Assembly (NCBI GenBank): GCA_963714015.1
Contig: OY970223.1
Location: 960,001-1,024,000 of the forward strand
Length of the DNA stretch: 64,000 nucleotides
Reading direction: 5' to 3'
Source: Vulcanimicrobiota bacterium
GTDB taxonomy: Bacteria > Vulcanimicrobiota > Vulcanimicrobiia > Vulcanimicrobiales > Vulcanimicrobiaceae
Below the pieces are notes generated by a model that was given only the letters and a program-made list of their open reading frames with translations, made no database searches and had not been told where the DNA came from. The translations under genes and the position numbers were made by a program. Of the stretch, positions 29,301 through 37,291 are shown one piece after another. Positions within the stretch are counted from its first letter, which is position 1, and each line of letters opens with the position of its first letter.

Positions 29301-29726
29301 AACACGTACAACGCTTCATACTTCATCGATCCCGCAAACCCGGGGAATTATCTGAGCCCGAACATCGACGCAACGCGCGGTTGGCCGGAGCCGGCGCTAC
29401 CCGGCGGAGCGCTTACGAAAGCGCATGGTTCGCTGGATTTGGTGCTCGAATATTCTCCGCCGGGCACGCCGTGGACACTGGGAACATACATCAGCAACCT
29501 CTTCAACAACCACTACGGGCTGTGGTATCCCAATACGGTGTATCAGCCGGTCGCTACGGGCGTCTCGGGGCCTCAGTCTGGTCAGTACTCCGCGGGATAC
29601 CCCGGGAATCCGTACTATGTCGCGGGCGCGCGAGACGAATACCTCGGCACGTTCTCGAACCAGGCGTTCAGCGTGCCGTACAACCCGGGAACGACGTTCG
29701 CGTTCTATTTACAGCGACGGCTGTAG
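26385..29726 (+). CDS. TonB-dependent receptor-like outer-membrane protein with N-terminal carboxypeptidase-regulatory-like domain
   Basis: Signal peptide, GNLNGTVID..PLADVRV, plug-like IRGS..YQYDGV, QPRFAASY, YISNLFN, amphipathic last strand TFAFYLQRRL. Confidence 0.8.
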   Translation: MSVRSTWASLLGLFVFAAAVLLVCGALTAPALAAGGIQGNLNGTVIDAGTRAPLADVRVSAQSPSGQFFATTDSGGHFSMLGLPADTYVVSFTKSGYDSISQPGVAVFGDETDTVGTIRMSKSLKTITHVNARARSGAFQPAQTQDVTTISGQRITQALGNATNQHEQQLILAAPGAISDAQGNVTIRGSLNVELGYQYDGVNFTVPFFDGNGSSNYLSNISGGSGGSLQVVSGSGDATQGNIGAGVINIVPPRGTYPASGLLSGQVDEPFYDHQFDVDYGWATPNNRLSDYFSYDGTRSVPQYAPFGVDAATIAQYYGTSYIKHDDIVNNLVYRFGHQNDMSIQWLFRNEWNNEWGNYGGLQNAAYYPYNPLGYSPWNQIFPNGLAQLNSETVLMPGVPSSNITPTGPEETLYQPLAFNKVGFTWNLNSSTFLSLSYANFYQQSGSTNYIQGNDSPGVQEVGGQRLSDEFDLTHQFGTAHTTTLAIRYQNDLPRWWTTSPYGLLCPLSGFCSGENTGLAYAPDISDFYLPANSALIGQQISAANPCQTDPLTGNPGSCYVYDWLVTNGKWTGSLPLIPTEGIDYHHAMFHEAGIGLRDQWVVSSRLHLDYGLRLDADNMDWGVNPWGGPTALEAAANPSDIAPAQWSDTFNRPRILQPRFAASYQLGADDSLRFSYGRSVEFFFAQTAGTPLDMTAVNPILLQIPSKDSPAGGALLGLSPSSLAPTCGSGTNPTHPQPGGGVGYFWFCSNYAQQLFWNADQCCDAPDIGGYGPPTYNNWDLAWGHQFTRGVMSGFGMKLTAFARRGYDVEQNTLLANGVPNPVTGQTSASIFATRANGVEKTSGLEFMLTAPDRPTGLSGFLTMNYISEFSSTPPVDSGNYGDDALPILYQFEFNSGELYRSSFLPPFQGRLGITYQTSNGWRINPIFAFDGGFPTGVGSQTYGAVNGQYIWMPETNWGAATPLGGPNGPHNTYNASYFIDPANPGNYLSPNIDATRGWPEPALPGGALTKAHGSLDLVLEYSPPGTPWTLGTYISNLFNNHYGLWYPNTVYQPVATGVSGPQSGQYSAGYPGNPYYVAGARDEYLGTFSNQAFSVPYNPGTTFAFYLQRRL

Positions 29727-29825
29727 CACGCGCTAAGGCATCGAAGGGTGAAACCGTCGGGACCCGCAACGGGTCCTGACGGTTATTCTTTATACACCAA
29801 AGTTGATAGGAGTAAATCCGCTTTC

Positions 29826-30380
29826 ATGTTGGCACAGGTTGGCAAACCAGCACCAGATTTCGAGCTTCCCAGCACCAAGGGCGCTACCGGCGCCAAGGAT
29901 CTGGGAAAGCGCGTCAAGCTCTCCGACTACAAGGGAAAGTGGTTAATCTTTTTCTTCTATCCGCTTGATTTCACGTTCGTCTGCCCCACCGAAATTACCG
30001 CACTGTCGGATAGATTCGACGAATTCCACGATCTGGAAGCTGAAGTACTCGGCGCTTCCTGCGATTCGGAGCACAGCCATTGGGCGTGGATCAATACGCC
30101 GCGCGAAAAGAACGGAATCGCGGGCCTGAAGTATCCGCTCGCTTCGGATTACACGAAAGAGACCGCGCGTTCGTACGGCGTTCTGGACGAGAAGAGCGGC
30201 GTTGCCCAACGCGGACTCTTCATCATCGATCCCGACGGCGTTTTGAAGTACGCGGTAGTTACGGACGATAACGTCGGCCGCAGTGTTGACGAAACGATTC
30301 GCGTGCTGCAGGCGCTGCAGACCGGCGGCCTGTGCCCCGCCGAGTGGAAGCCCGGCAAGGCGCTCCTGCAAAAAGCATAA
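29826..30380 (+). CDS. ahpC: 2-Cys peroxiredoxin (AhpC/YkuU-like)
   Basis: FFYPLDFTFVCPTE, RGLFIIDPDG, GRSVDE, LCPAEW. Confidence 0.92.
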   Translation: MLAQVGKPAPDFELPSTKGATGAKDLGKRVKLSDYKGKWLIFFFYPLDFTFVCPTEITALSDRFDEFHDLEAEVLGASCDSEHSHWAWINTPREKNGIAGLKYPLASDYTKETARSYGVLDEKSGVAQRGLFIIDPDGVLKYAVVTDDNVGRSVDETIRVLQALQTGGLCPAEWKPGKALLQKA

Positions 30381-30860
30381 ATGCCGCTGCGTATGCGCAC
30401 GCCGCTCCCATCGCTGGACGGCGCTGTTGAATGGATCGATGACCGTCCCTCCAGCGAAGATCTCCAGGGTAAACCGGTTCTGGTGCATTTTTGGTCGCTG
30501 ACGTGCTATCTCTGTCATGACGTCGCCGATCAGATCCGCGCGTGGCGAGAGAAGTACGAACCGCTGGGCTTGGTTTTCATAAGCGTGCACCAGCCGCGAT
30601 CGGAAGCAGAGCTCGACGTCGATGCGGTACGAGCGGATGCGCGAGAGGCCATGCGACTCACGCAGCCGATCGCCGTCGACAGCGAGCACGCAATCGTCGA
30701 TCGTTTCCAGAATCAGTTCGTGCCCGCGTACTATCTATTCGATCGTGCGCACCGGCTTCGGCACTTTCAAGCCGGTGACAAGGGATACGAGCGCATCACT
30801 GCAGCGATGGAACGCGTGCTGAGCGAAGCGCCCAACCCTCAGCTAGTGGCGCACGAATAG
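30381..30860 (+). CDS. Thiol-disulfide oxidoreductase (TlpA/YkuV-like redoxin)
   Basis: HFWSLTCYLC, VHQPRSE, QPIAVD, VPAYYLFD..LRHFQAG; recalls B. subtilis YkuV. Confidence 0.85.
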   Translation: MPLRMRTPLPSLDGAVEWIDDRPSSEDLQGKPVLVHFWSLTCYLCHDVADQIRAWREKYEPLGLVFISVHQPRSEAELDVDAVRADAREAMRLTQPIAVDSEHAIVDRFQNQFVPAYYLFDRAHRLRHFQAGDKGYERITAAMERVLSEAPNPQLVAHE

Positions 30861-31686
30861 ACTCTGCGGACAACCGCCGACCGGGGTTGGCGTCGGAACG
30901 GGAACCGGGCCGCCTCCGCCGCCGAATCCCGGCGGTGGTCCGCCGCCATTTACGGGAGGCGGTCCGCCGATAATGGGCACCGACGGCGTATTCGATCCGT
31001 GTCCACCCAAGAACGCGACGAGCGGAATGAGCAGCAGCGGCCACAGACGCGCGTGATGTACGGGCGCCGGCGCCGTTGTCGTTGCAACACTTTGCACCGG
31101 AGCTGACTGCCGGCGGCGGCGTTGGAGGTAATCCAACGGCGGGCGCTTGTGCAACGGGAGGTGCAGGTGCGGCCGGTGTACCGGGCGGTGCGGTTGAAGC
31201 GGCTTCGACCATCGTATGCCGCCGCGGATGCGCCGCTTGTGCAACGACGGGCAGCGCTCTGCGCAACAAGGCCAAATTACCGCACCGGGCCGGAACGAAG
31301 AGCGCCAATACACGATGCCCTTCCTGGAGATCGACTTCCCACCCCTTGGTGTCCGGCGGGATGATCACGTCATTGAGCGCGTAGACGTTTCCGCCGCCGG
31401 CCCATGTCATCGCGTCGAGATGGCGCGGTAACGTGACGTAAGCAACCCGCCGCGCCGCGATGCGCTGCGCAAATTGCGCGTATTCCTTGGGCGTCAGCCC
31501 GATTCGATCGCCTGCCGCTCGAAACGTTGCATCATAGTGCGCAACGTCGTGCTGCAGTTGACTGGTTGAATCGATCCTTCCGATCACGGGAGCGTTTCCG
31601 AGCTGTGCAATGACGTGCGGTTGCGCGAGCGTTTGGACCGGGATTGCGGTGGTAATAATTAGCGCCACCAAACTTCGCAGTTTCAC
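30843..31686 (-). CDS. Exported protein with Pro-rich linker, C-terminal TM and Gly/Pro tail (apparent frameshift ~31100)
   Basis: Signal peptide in ORF 30796..31686. TM LWPLLLIPLVAFL and GP-rich tail in ORF 30843..31313. GGAGG RBS. Confidence 0.65.
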
Positions 31687-31975
31687 GAGCCGTCCTCCGA
31701 CTTTCTAAGGACGAAGTTACCCTTGCTCGCTATGGGCGCGTATAGGCATTTCTGCACCTTGTGCGGTCCTAATACACGGACTGCATGGCCCCCGGCAGGT
31801 TTCCAAATGTCCCATTCTAGGCCGCACGCCCGCATGTTACCGTTGGAACACTCGACGGGCATCGATGAAACGTAACCCGGCGGGCCGTTGTCCCCGCGGC
31901 AATTCCGCGGCGGCTTTCCCCAAGGCCGGTGCGGCGCGGATGCGCGCAGAGCGGCGACGACGTGTGGGCAGAGAG

Positions 31976-31997
31976 GCCGGCGGTGCGCACCGCCGGC
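31976..31997. repeat. Perfect 22-bp palindrome upstream of the HU gene
   Basis: GCCGGCGGTGCGCACCGCCGGC equals its own reverse complement. Confidence 0.8.
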
Positions 31998-32101
31998 TTG
32001 CTCATTTGCAAAAAAAATACAGGAAACCGCCGAAAAACGGGGTAGTCACCGGCGACGGGCGCACCAATGCGCCTTGAAGGTTTTCAGTATGAGAGGAGCC
32101 G

Positions 32102-32518
32102 ATGAATAAAGTCGACTTGATCCGCTCCGCAATGGAGCGGTTAGAGATGTCTCGTAAGGATGCGGTCGCGCTTGTCGACGGCATCTTCGAAGACATTCAA
32201 GCCGCAGTGATCTCGGGTGAACCGGTGAAGATTCCCGGTTTCGGACAATTCAAAGTCCGCGATCGGGCCGCGCGCATCGCTCGAAATCCGGCGACCGGAG
32301 AACCGGTCAAAGTGCCGGCGAAGCGCGTCTTCAAATTCTTGCCGGCGAAGGCGTTGAAAGAAGCCGTTATGTCCAAGCGAGGCGGCGGTGCGCGCAAAGC
32401 AGCGGGCGGCCGCAAAAAAGCCGGCGCCGCAAAGGGCGCGGCTGCCAGAGGCGGAGCTCGTTCGGGTGCGTCGCGCAAGGGCGCGGCCAAAAAGTCGACC
32501 GGGCGCAAGAAGCGCTAG
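32102..32518 (+). CDS. hup: HU family DNA-binding protein with Lys/Arg/Ala/Gly-rich C-terminal tail
   Basis: MNKVDLI, IPGFGQF..RAARIARNPATGE.VKVPAKRVFKF.PAKALK, plus a ~48-aa basic tail. Confidence 0.92.
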   Translation: MNKVDLIRSAMERLEMSRKDAVALVDGIFEDIQAAVISGEPVKIPGFGQFKVRDRAARIARNPATGEPVKVPAKRVFKFLPAKALKEAVMSKRGGGARKAAGGRKKAGAAKGAAARGGARSGASRKGAAKKSTGRKKR

Positions 32519-32545
32519 CGGCGGTTCAAGGCTTTAGAGCCGTAC

Positions 32546-32579
32546 GAAAGGCCGCCCGAACCGCCGGGCGGCCTTTTTC
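32546..32579 (+). terminator. Rho-independent terminator after hup
   Basis: AAAGGCCGCCCG-loop-CGGGCGGCCTTTTT. Confidence 0.85.
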
Positions 32580-32590
32580 GTACTGAAGCC

Positions 32591-32926
32591 ATGAAACGCT
32601 TATTGATTGCCGCCGCGCTGGCATTGTGCCTGCCGCTCGCCGCCGCCGCATCGACCACCGCCACGCACGCCGTTCACATTAGGAATTTCGCGTATAGTCC
32701 CTCGCAGATCCAAATCAAAGTCGGAGATAGTGTAGAGTTCATCAACGACGACGACGAGGCGCATACCGTTACCGCCACGGATAAATCGTTCGATTCTGCT
32801 GGTTTGGATACCGGCGATCGATGGTCGTACCGGTTCAAAAAGCCGGGGCGCTATGCGTACCTTTGCGCGCTGCATCCGTGGATGAAGGGCGTCATCGTCG
32901 TTACCGCCGGGAGTTCCAAAAGATGA
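32591..32926 (+). CDS. Secreted cupredoxin (amicyanin/plastocyanin-like)
   Basis: Signal peptide; type-1 Cu ligands in AHTV and CALHPWM. Confidence 0.9.
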   Translation: MKRLLIAAALALCLPLAAAASTTATHAVHIRNFAYSPSQIQIKVGDSVEFINDDDEAHTVTATDKSFDSAGLDTGDRWSYRFKKPGRYAYLCALHPWMKGVIVVTAGSSKR

Positions 32927-33819
32927 GGCGCGGCGATTTCTTATCGCACGTGGGGTGGACCGGAGCGGGAGTCCTTTGGACCATGGGGGCGAGCGGATTG
33001 CTCACCGGTCGCGCGGCTGCGCAGAACGCCGATGCCGGCGAATTTTCGTTCGTGCAGATCAGCGACAGCCATATCGGCTTTCACCAAGCGGCGAATCCGG
33101 ACGTGGCCGGAACGCTGAAAGATGCGATTGACGCAATCAATGCTCTGCCCCGGCAACCGGCATTCGTAATCCACACGGGGGACATCACGCATCTTTCAAA
33201 AGGCGAGCAGTTCGATACTGCCAAGCAGATTCTCGGGACGCTCAAGGCGCCGCTATTCGCTCTCCCGGGCGAGCATGACTTCATCGGAAGCACGCCCTCA
33301 GCGTATTTTGACGCCTTTTCCGGCGAGCCGATGCAGAACAGCAAAGACGGATGGTATTCTTGGGATCAGAACGGCGTGCACTTCGTCGCTCTCATCAACG
33401 TGTTCGATTTCGAAAAAATGGGACTGCTCGGCAACGATCAGCTTTCTTGGCTCAAGAGCGATTTGGCTGCACAGCGAACGCAGACGCCGATCGTCGTCTT
33501 CGCGCACGTTCCCCTCTACGCGCTCTATCCCGAATGGGGATGGACGACCGAAGACGGATCCAAGGCGCTGGCGCTCTTGACGCGCTTCGATCGCGTAACG
33601 GTGCTCAACGGGCACATTCACCAGATCATCCGGCACCGCGAGGGAAACATCGAGTTTGCGACGGCCGACGCGACGGCGTACCCTCAGCCCGCTCCGGGGA
33701 AGGCCGCCAAGCCGGGCCCCGTAACGCTTCCCAAAGACGCGCTCCTCAAAGCGGTCGGATACCGGACCGTGGTGTTGAACGGCGGCGCTTCGGACATCGG
33801 CGATCGACCACTCGGTTAA
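32923..33819 (+). CDS. Tat-exported metallophosphoesterase (calcineurin-like, CpdA-related)
   Basis: MRRGDFL Tat signal; SDSH, TGD, GEHD, AH, GHIH motifs. Confidence 0.88.
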   Translation: MRRGDFLSHVGWTGAGVLWTMGASGLLTGRAAAQNADAGEFSFVQISDSHIGFHQAANPDVAGTLKDAIDAINALPRQPAFVIHTGDITHLSKGEQFDTAKQILGTLKAPLFALPGEHDFIGSTPSAYFDAFSGEPMQNSKDGWYSWDQNGVHFVALINVFDFEKMGLLGNDQLSWLKSDLAAQRTQTPIVVFAHVPLYALYPEWGWTTEDGSKALALLTRFDRVTVLNGHIHQIIRHREGNIEFATADATAYPQPAPGKAAKPGPVTLPKDALLKAVGYRTVVLNGGASDIGDRPLG

Positions 33820-33822
33820 TAT

Positions 33823-34380
33823 GTGAAGAACGCCGGCGCATCGGACCTCGAGATCGCGTTCGCGGCGCGCGAGCCGTGGGCGCTCGAGGCGCTGTACGTT
33901 GAGCACGCGCGGACGTTTTACACAGCCGCATTCGCCGTTCTGCGCAACGGCGAAGACGCGCAGGATTGCGTGCATGACGTGCTGCTGCGCATATGGCATA
34001 ATACGTCGGCGTTCACTCCGGGCAAGGGCGCGCTCAAGGCTTTCGTAGCCGTGTGCATTCGAAACGAAGCGGTGAGTCGCGTGCGCTTGCGCGGCCGAGG
34101 ATCGGAACTCGAGCGGCGAATCGTACGCAGAGCTGCGGAACAGCCGCTCCAGGATCCCTTTTCGTCCGTCGATCCGATCGAACGAAATCGTTTGCAACAG
34201 GCGATCGCCGAACTTTCGGAGCCGCAGCGCAGCGTTATCGTTCTTTCGTACTTCAATTGCCTTACCCACCGCGAAATTGCCGAACGTTTAGGCGAACCTA
34301 TCGGCACGATCAAAAGCCGGCTCTCGGCGGCATTGCACCGCCTTTCGGGCCGCCTGAAGAGAGAATACGAGTATGAGTGA
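33823..34380 (+). CDS. ECF sigma factor (SigK-like)
   Basis: DAQDCVHDVLLRIW (region 2); LSYF..LTHREIAERLGEPIGTIKSRL (region 4). Confidence 0.9.
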   Translation: MKNAGASDLEIAFAAREPWALEALYVEHARTFYTAAFAVLRNGEDAQDCVHDVLLRIWHNTSAFTPGKGALKAFVAVCIRNEAVSRVRLRGRGSELERRIVRRAAEQPLQDPFSSVDPIERNRLQQAIAELSEPQRSVIVLSYFNCLTHREIAERLGEPIGTIKSRLSAALHRLSGRLKREYEYE

Positions 34381-35038
34381 AGCCGAAGCACACGTGGCGG
34401 ATCGGGCCGAACTCTATGCCCTTGGTTCGCTCACGCCGGCCGAAACGGCGCAGCTGCGCGCGCACCTCACGCAATGCGAGCGCTGCCGCAGCATTGTAAA
34501 CGATGCCGAGGCGGCGGTAACGGCAATGATTGAAGCGGACGACCAATACGATCCGCCGGGCTCGCTTGGCCGCCGCATAGCGGCTTCCGCGCGCCCACGG
34601 TCGCGCGTGCAGGTGCTGCAGTGGAGCGCTCTAGCGGCTGCGCTGATCCTGTGGATCGGTCCCGCGATGTGGTTCTATACGCATACGCGGCAGCAAGCGG
34701 CAACGCTGAGCACACAGTCCGCCGCCATCGGCGCCTTGCTGCACAGTCATTTCGTCCACGCGCCGTTCTCACCGATCGAGGCGGGGGCGCCTGCCGCGAA
34801 GGTGATCTTCTCGGCAAAGGGCCATTGGTTGTACGTGCTGGTGGCGGCCCCCGCCCGCGATTTGCAAATCGGTACGCTTCGAAACGGACGGCTGCTGATT
34901 CTGGGAAATCCCCAAGACGTTGGCGGATATGCGGCGTTCTACGATACGGCGGCGTCAGGAATCGACAACGTCGTCATCGTTCGCAACGGCCGGGCCGTGG
35001 CTCGCGCGGCAATTGTGCGGCGGAAAGGCGGTGAATGA
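34373..35038 (+). CDS. Membrane anti-sigma factor with zinc-binding HxxxCxxC
   Basis: YALGSL..HLTQCERC, one TM, periplasmic domain; overlaps the sigma gene. Confidence 0.85.
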   Translation: MSEAEAHVADRAELYALGSLTPAETAQLRAHLTQCERCRSIVNDAEAAVTAMIEADDQYDPPGSLGRRIAASARPRSRVQVLQWSALAAALILWIGPAMWFYTHTRQQAATLSTQSAAIGALLHSHFVHAPFSPIEAGAPAAKVIFSAKGHWLYVLVAAPARDLQIGTLRNGRLLILGNPQDVGGYAAFYDTAASGIDNVVIVRNGRAVARAAIVRRKGGE

Positions 35039-35976
35039 TCTCGGAAACCACAATCGATCGTGCGGCCATCGCTTCTGCAGCGCAGGCCCTCGAGCCGTAC
35101 GTGCGCCGCACGCCGGTCATACGCGCGGACGGACGCGACTTCGGGATGTCCGCCGCAGCGGTTCATTTCAAGCTCGAGCAGCTTCAGCACGCGGCCTCGT
35201 TCAAGACTCGGGGTGCTTTCGCCAACCTGCTTTCGAGAGAGGTACCGGAGTGTGGTGTCGTTGCGGCCTCCGGCGGCAATCATGGCGCAGCCGTAGCTTA
35301 CGCCGCAATGGTGCTCGGAATCCCGGCAAAGATTTTTGTCCCCACCGTTTCCTCACCGGTGAAAATCGATCGCATTCGGCGGTATGGTGCGCAGTTGGTC
35401 GTCGGCGGCGATCGGTATGCTGACGCGCTGGCCGCAAGCGAAGAATGGATCGTTCAGTCGGGTGCGTTGCCGGTGCACGCGTTCGACCATCCGCAGACTT
35501 TGATCGGTCAAGGAACGCTGGGCAAAGAATTGGAGGAACAAATTGAGGGGATCGACACGGTTTTGGTTCCGGTCGGCGGCGGAGGATTGATCGGCGGCAT
35601 CGCCGCCTGGTTCTCGGGAGGCGCGCGAATCGTCGGCGTCGAGCCCGAAGGGGCACCGACGCTCACGCATGCGCTTGCCGCCGGTGTGCCGGTCGACGCA
35701 CCAGCTGGGAGCATCGCGAACGATTCGCTCGCGCCGCGGCGCGTCGGTGAATTGATGTTTGAGATCGCTCAGCGCTATGTGGAGCGCACGGTCCTGGTCA
35801 GTGACGACGAGATCGTCGCTGCACAGCACGGACTGTGGCAGAACCTCACCGTCGTTGCCGAGCCGGGAGGCGCCGCTGCCTTCGCAGCCCTTCTTTCCGG
35901 ACGCTACTCCGTGCAAGCCGGCGAGCGCGTGGCTGTAATAGTGAGCGGCGGCAACACACCGGCCGTGTGCTTGTGA
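35035..35976 (+). CDS. PLP-dependent serine/threonine dehydratase family protein
   Basis: KLEQLQHAASFKTRGA, ASGGNHG, VGGGGLIGG, EPGGAAA, SGGN. Confidence 0.88.
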   Translation: MISETTIDRAAIASAAQALEPYVRRTPVIRADGRDFGMSAAAVHFKLEQLQHAASFKTRGAFANLLSREVPECGVVAASGGNHGAAVAYAAMVLGIPAKIFVPTVSSPVKIDRIRRYGAQLVVGGDRYADALAASEEWIVQSGALPVHAFDHPQTLIGQGTLGKELEEQIEGIDTVLVPVGGGGLIGGIAAWFSGGARIVGVEPEGAPTLTHALAAGVPVDAPAGSIANDSLAPRRVGELMFEIAQRYVERTVLVSDDEIVAAQHGLWQNLTVVAEPGGAAAFAALLSGRYSVQAGERVAVIVSGGNTPAVCL

Positions 35977-36020
35977 CGCGGCGCTCCTCTGGGTAAAGAA
36001 TTGCCGGAGGATCCATTGCT

Positions 36021-36401
36021 ATGATTCAACTTCTTAGAACCCTCGCATTTGCCGTCGCGGGAATAATCGCCGCAACGGCCGCACTTCCCGCATCGGCGCA
36101 AAATAGCGGTCCGGGCAACGGTCCGCCCGGCGGAAAGTACCGTGATTGTCACGGATACGTGCGCCATGTTTCACTCGAGAACGTGCGCGTTCACTGCATC
36201 GACGGAACGCCGGCGGACATATCGTTCTTATCCTGGCCCAAGTTCGTCAGTCTTCCGACCGGCAAGACGATGGAATCCAAAGATCTCAAGCCGGGCACGC
36301 CGGTCCACGTGGTCTTTACGCAGTCATTAGGTATCCGGCACGCGTACAAAGTGTACGTAGCCAATCCGAACGGGCACGGCCTGTACGGCTTTAAGACCTA
36401 G
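36021..36401 (+). CDS. Small secreted hypothetical protein
   Basis: Signal peptide ..ASAQ, GGAGG RBS, beta-rich with two Cys. Confidence 0.7.
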   Translation: MIQLLRTLAFAVAGIIAATAALPASAQNSGPGNGPPGGKYRDCHGYVRHVSLENVRVHCIDGTPADISFLSWPKFVSLPTGKTMESKDLKPGTPVHVVFTQSLGIRHAYKVYVANPNGHGLYGFKT

Positions 36402-36420
36402 ACCGTAATCTACAGCGATC

Positions 36421-36449
36421 GAAAGCGGCGGCCGAAGGCTGCCGCTTTC
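36421..36449 (+). terminator. Hairpin terminator
   Basis: GAAAGCGGCGGCC-GAA-GGCTGCCGCTTTC. Confidence 0.7.
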
Positions 36450-36573
36450 GTGCGCGCGCCCGGCGGCGGTTGAAGCGGCACGCAAGGTCCACCCGGCGTT
36501 CCGGCAGAGTAATCCGGCAAGCTAAGCAAGCGCTTCCGCCCGATCGATCTCAAAAGGTTGCTCTGCGGTCGCC

Positions 36574-37243
36574 GTGAAGGGACGTATCGTGCGCGCCCCG
36601 GGGAGACTGCCCAAGCCGCTTTCTTTAGTCGTGGAGGCGATTTTCTGTGCCGCCGCGATAGCGAGCGTGTGCGCTCACTTTGCCATCGATGTCATCGGCG
36701 ATTTTGCGCTTCGGCACGATAGTCTATGACGACATGGTCCACGATTCTCGCGAAGTCGTTGCACTGATTGCGATCTTGATCGCGGTCGTGCTCTTCTCTC
36801 GCGTGCTTCGCGCCTGTTGCGAAAGAGCCGCGGCCGGCAGCAAGCAGGCTGTAACAATTCTCCCAGGCGCTCGCTTCGCCGTCTTGTTTACCGCTGCAGT
36901 AAGCGCGCTTTCCTGTGGCATCGTTCCGCTGATGGAGTGCTTCGACGGCGCCCTGAACGGCGCAAGCATGCCGGAATTGGCGGATGCGTTCGGGGGTTCG
37001 CTGGTGTTGGGACTCGGAACGACGATAGTTTGCGCGGCGATCGTCGCGTTGGCAGTCGTTGTCGCGGCGCGCTGGCTGCTCTCGCATCGGCACACTATCG
37101 CGACCCTACTCGAGACGCTTCTGCAGATAGATCGCGGACGCTCTCCCGAGCCGCGTTTCATTCACTGCACGCTCGATTTTGCCGCTTCTCATCGGCTCGC
37201 GCTGCTCGCGGTTCATGGATCGAAGCGCGGGCCGCCGCTCTAA
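36574..37243 (+). CDS. Multi-TM protein with His/Asp-rich loop and C-terminal RGPP motif (apparent frameshift ~36722)
   Basis: GTG 36574 frame reads ..CAHFAIDVIGDFALRHDS and joins YDDMVHDSRE of ORF 36680..37243, which ends SKRGPPL*. Confidence 0.65.
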
Positions 37244-37291
37244 GCACGTAAGCTCCTCTCTCGTTCACCCAAGTCGTGCCTGGAGACTCAC

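Noticed and set aside
36450..36573. Possible cobalamin or other riboswitch upstream of the TonB receptor unit
   Set aside because: No B12-box or other riboswitch consensus recognised, and the downstream part is coding (GTG 36574). An Infernal/Rfam scan would settle it.
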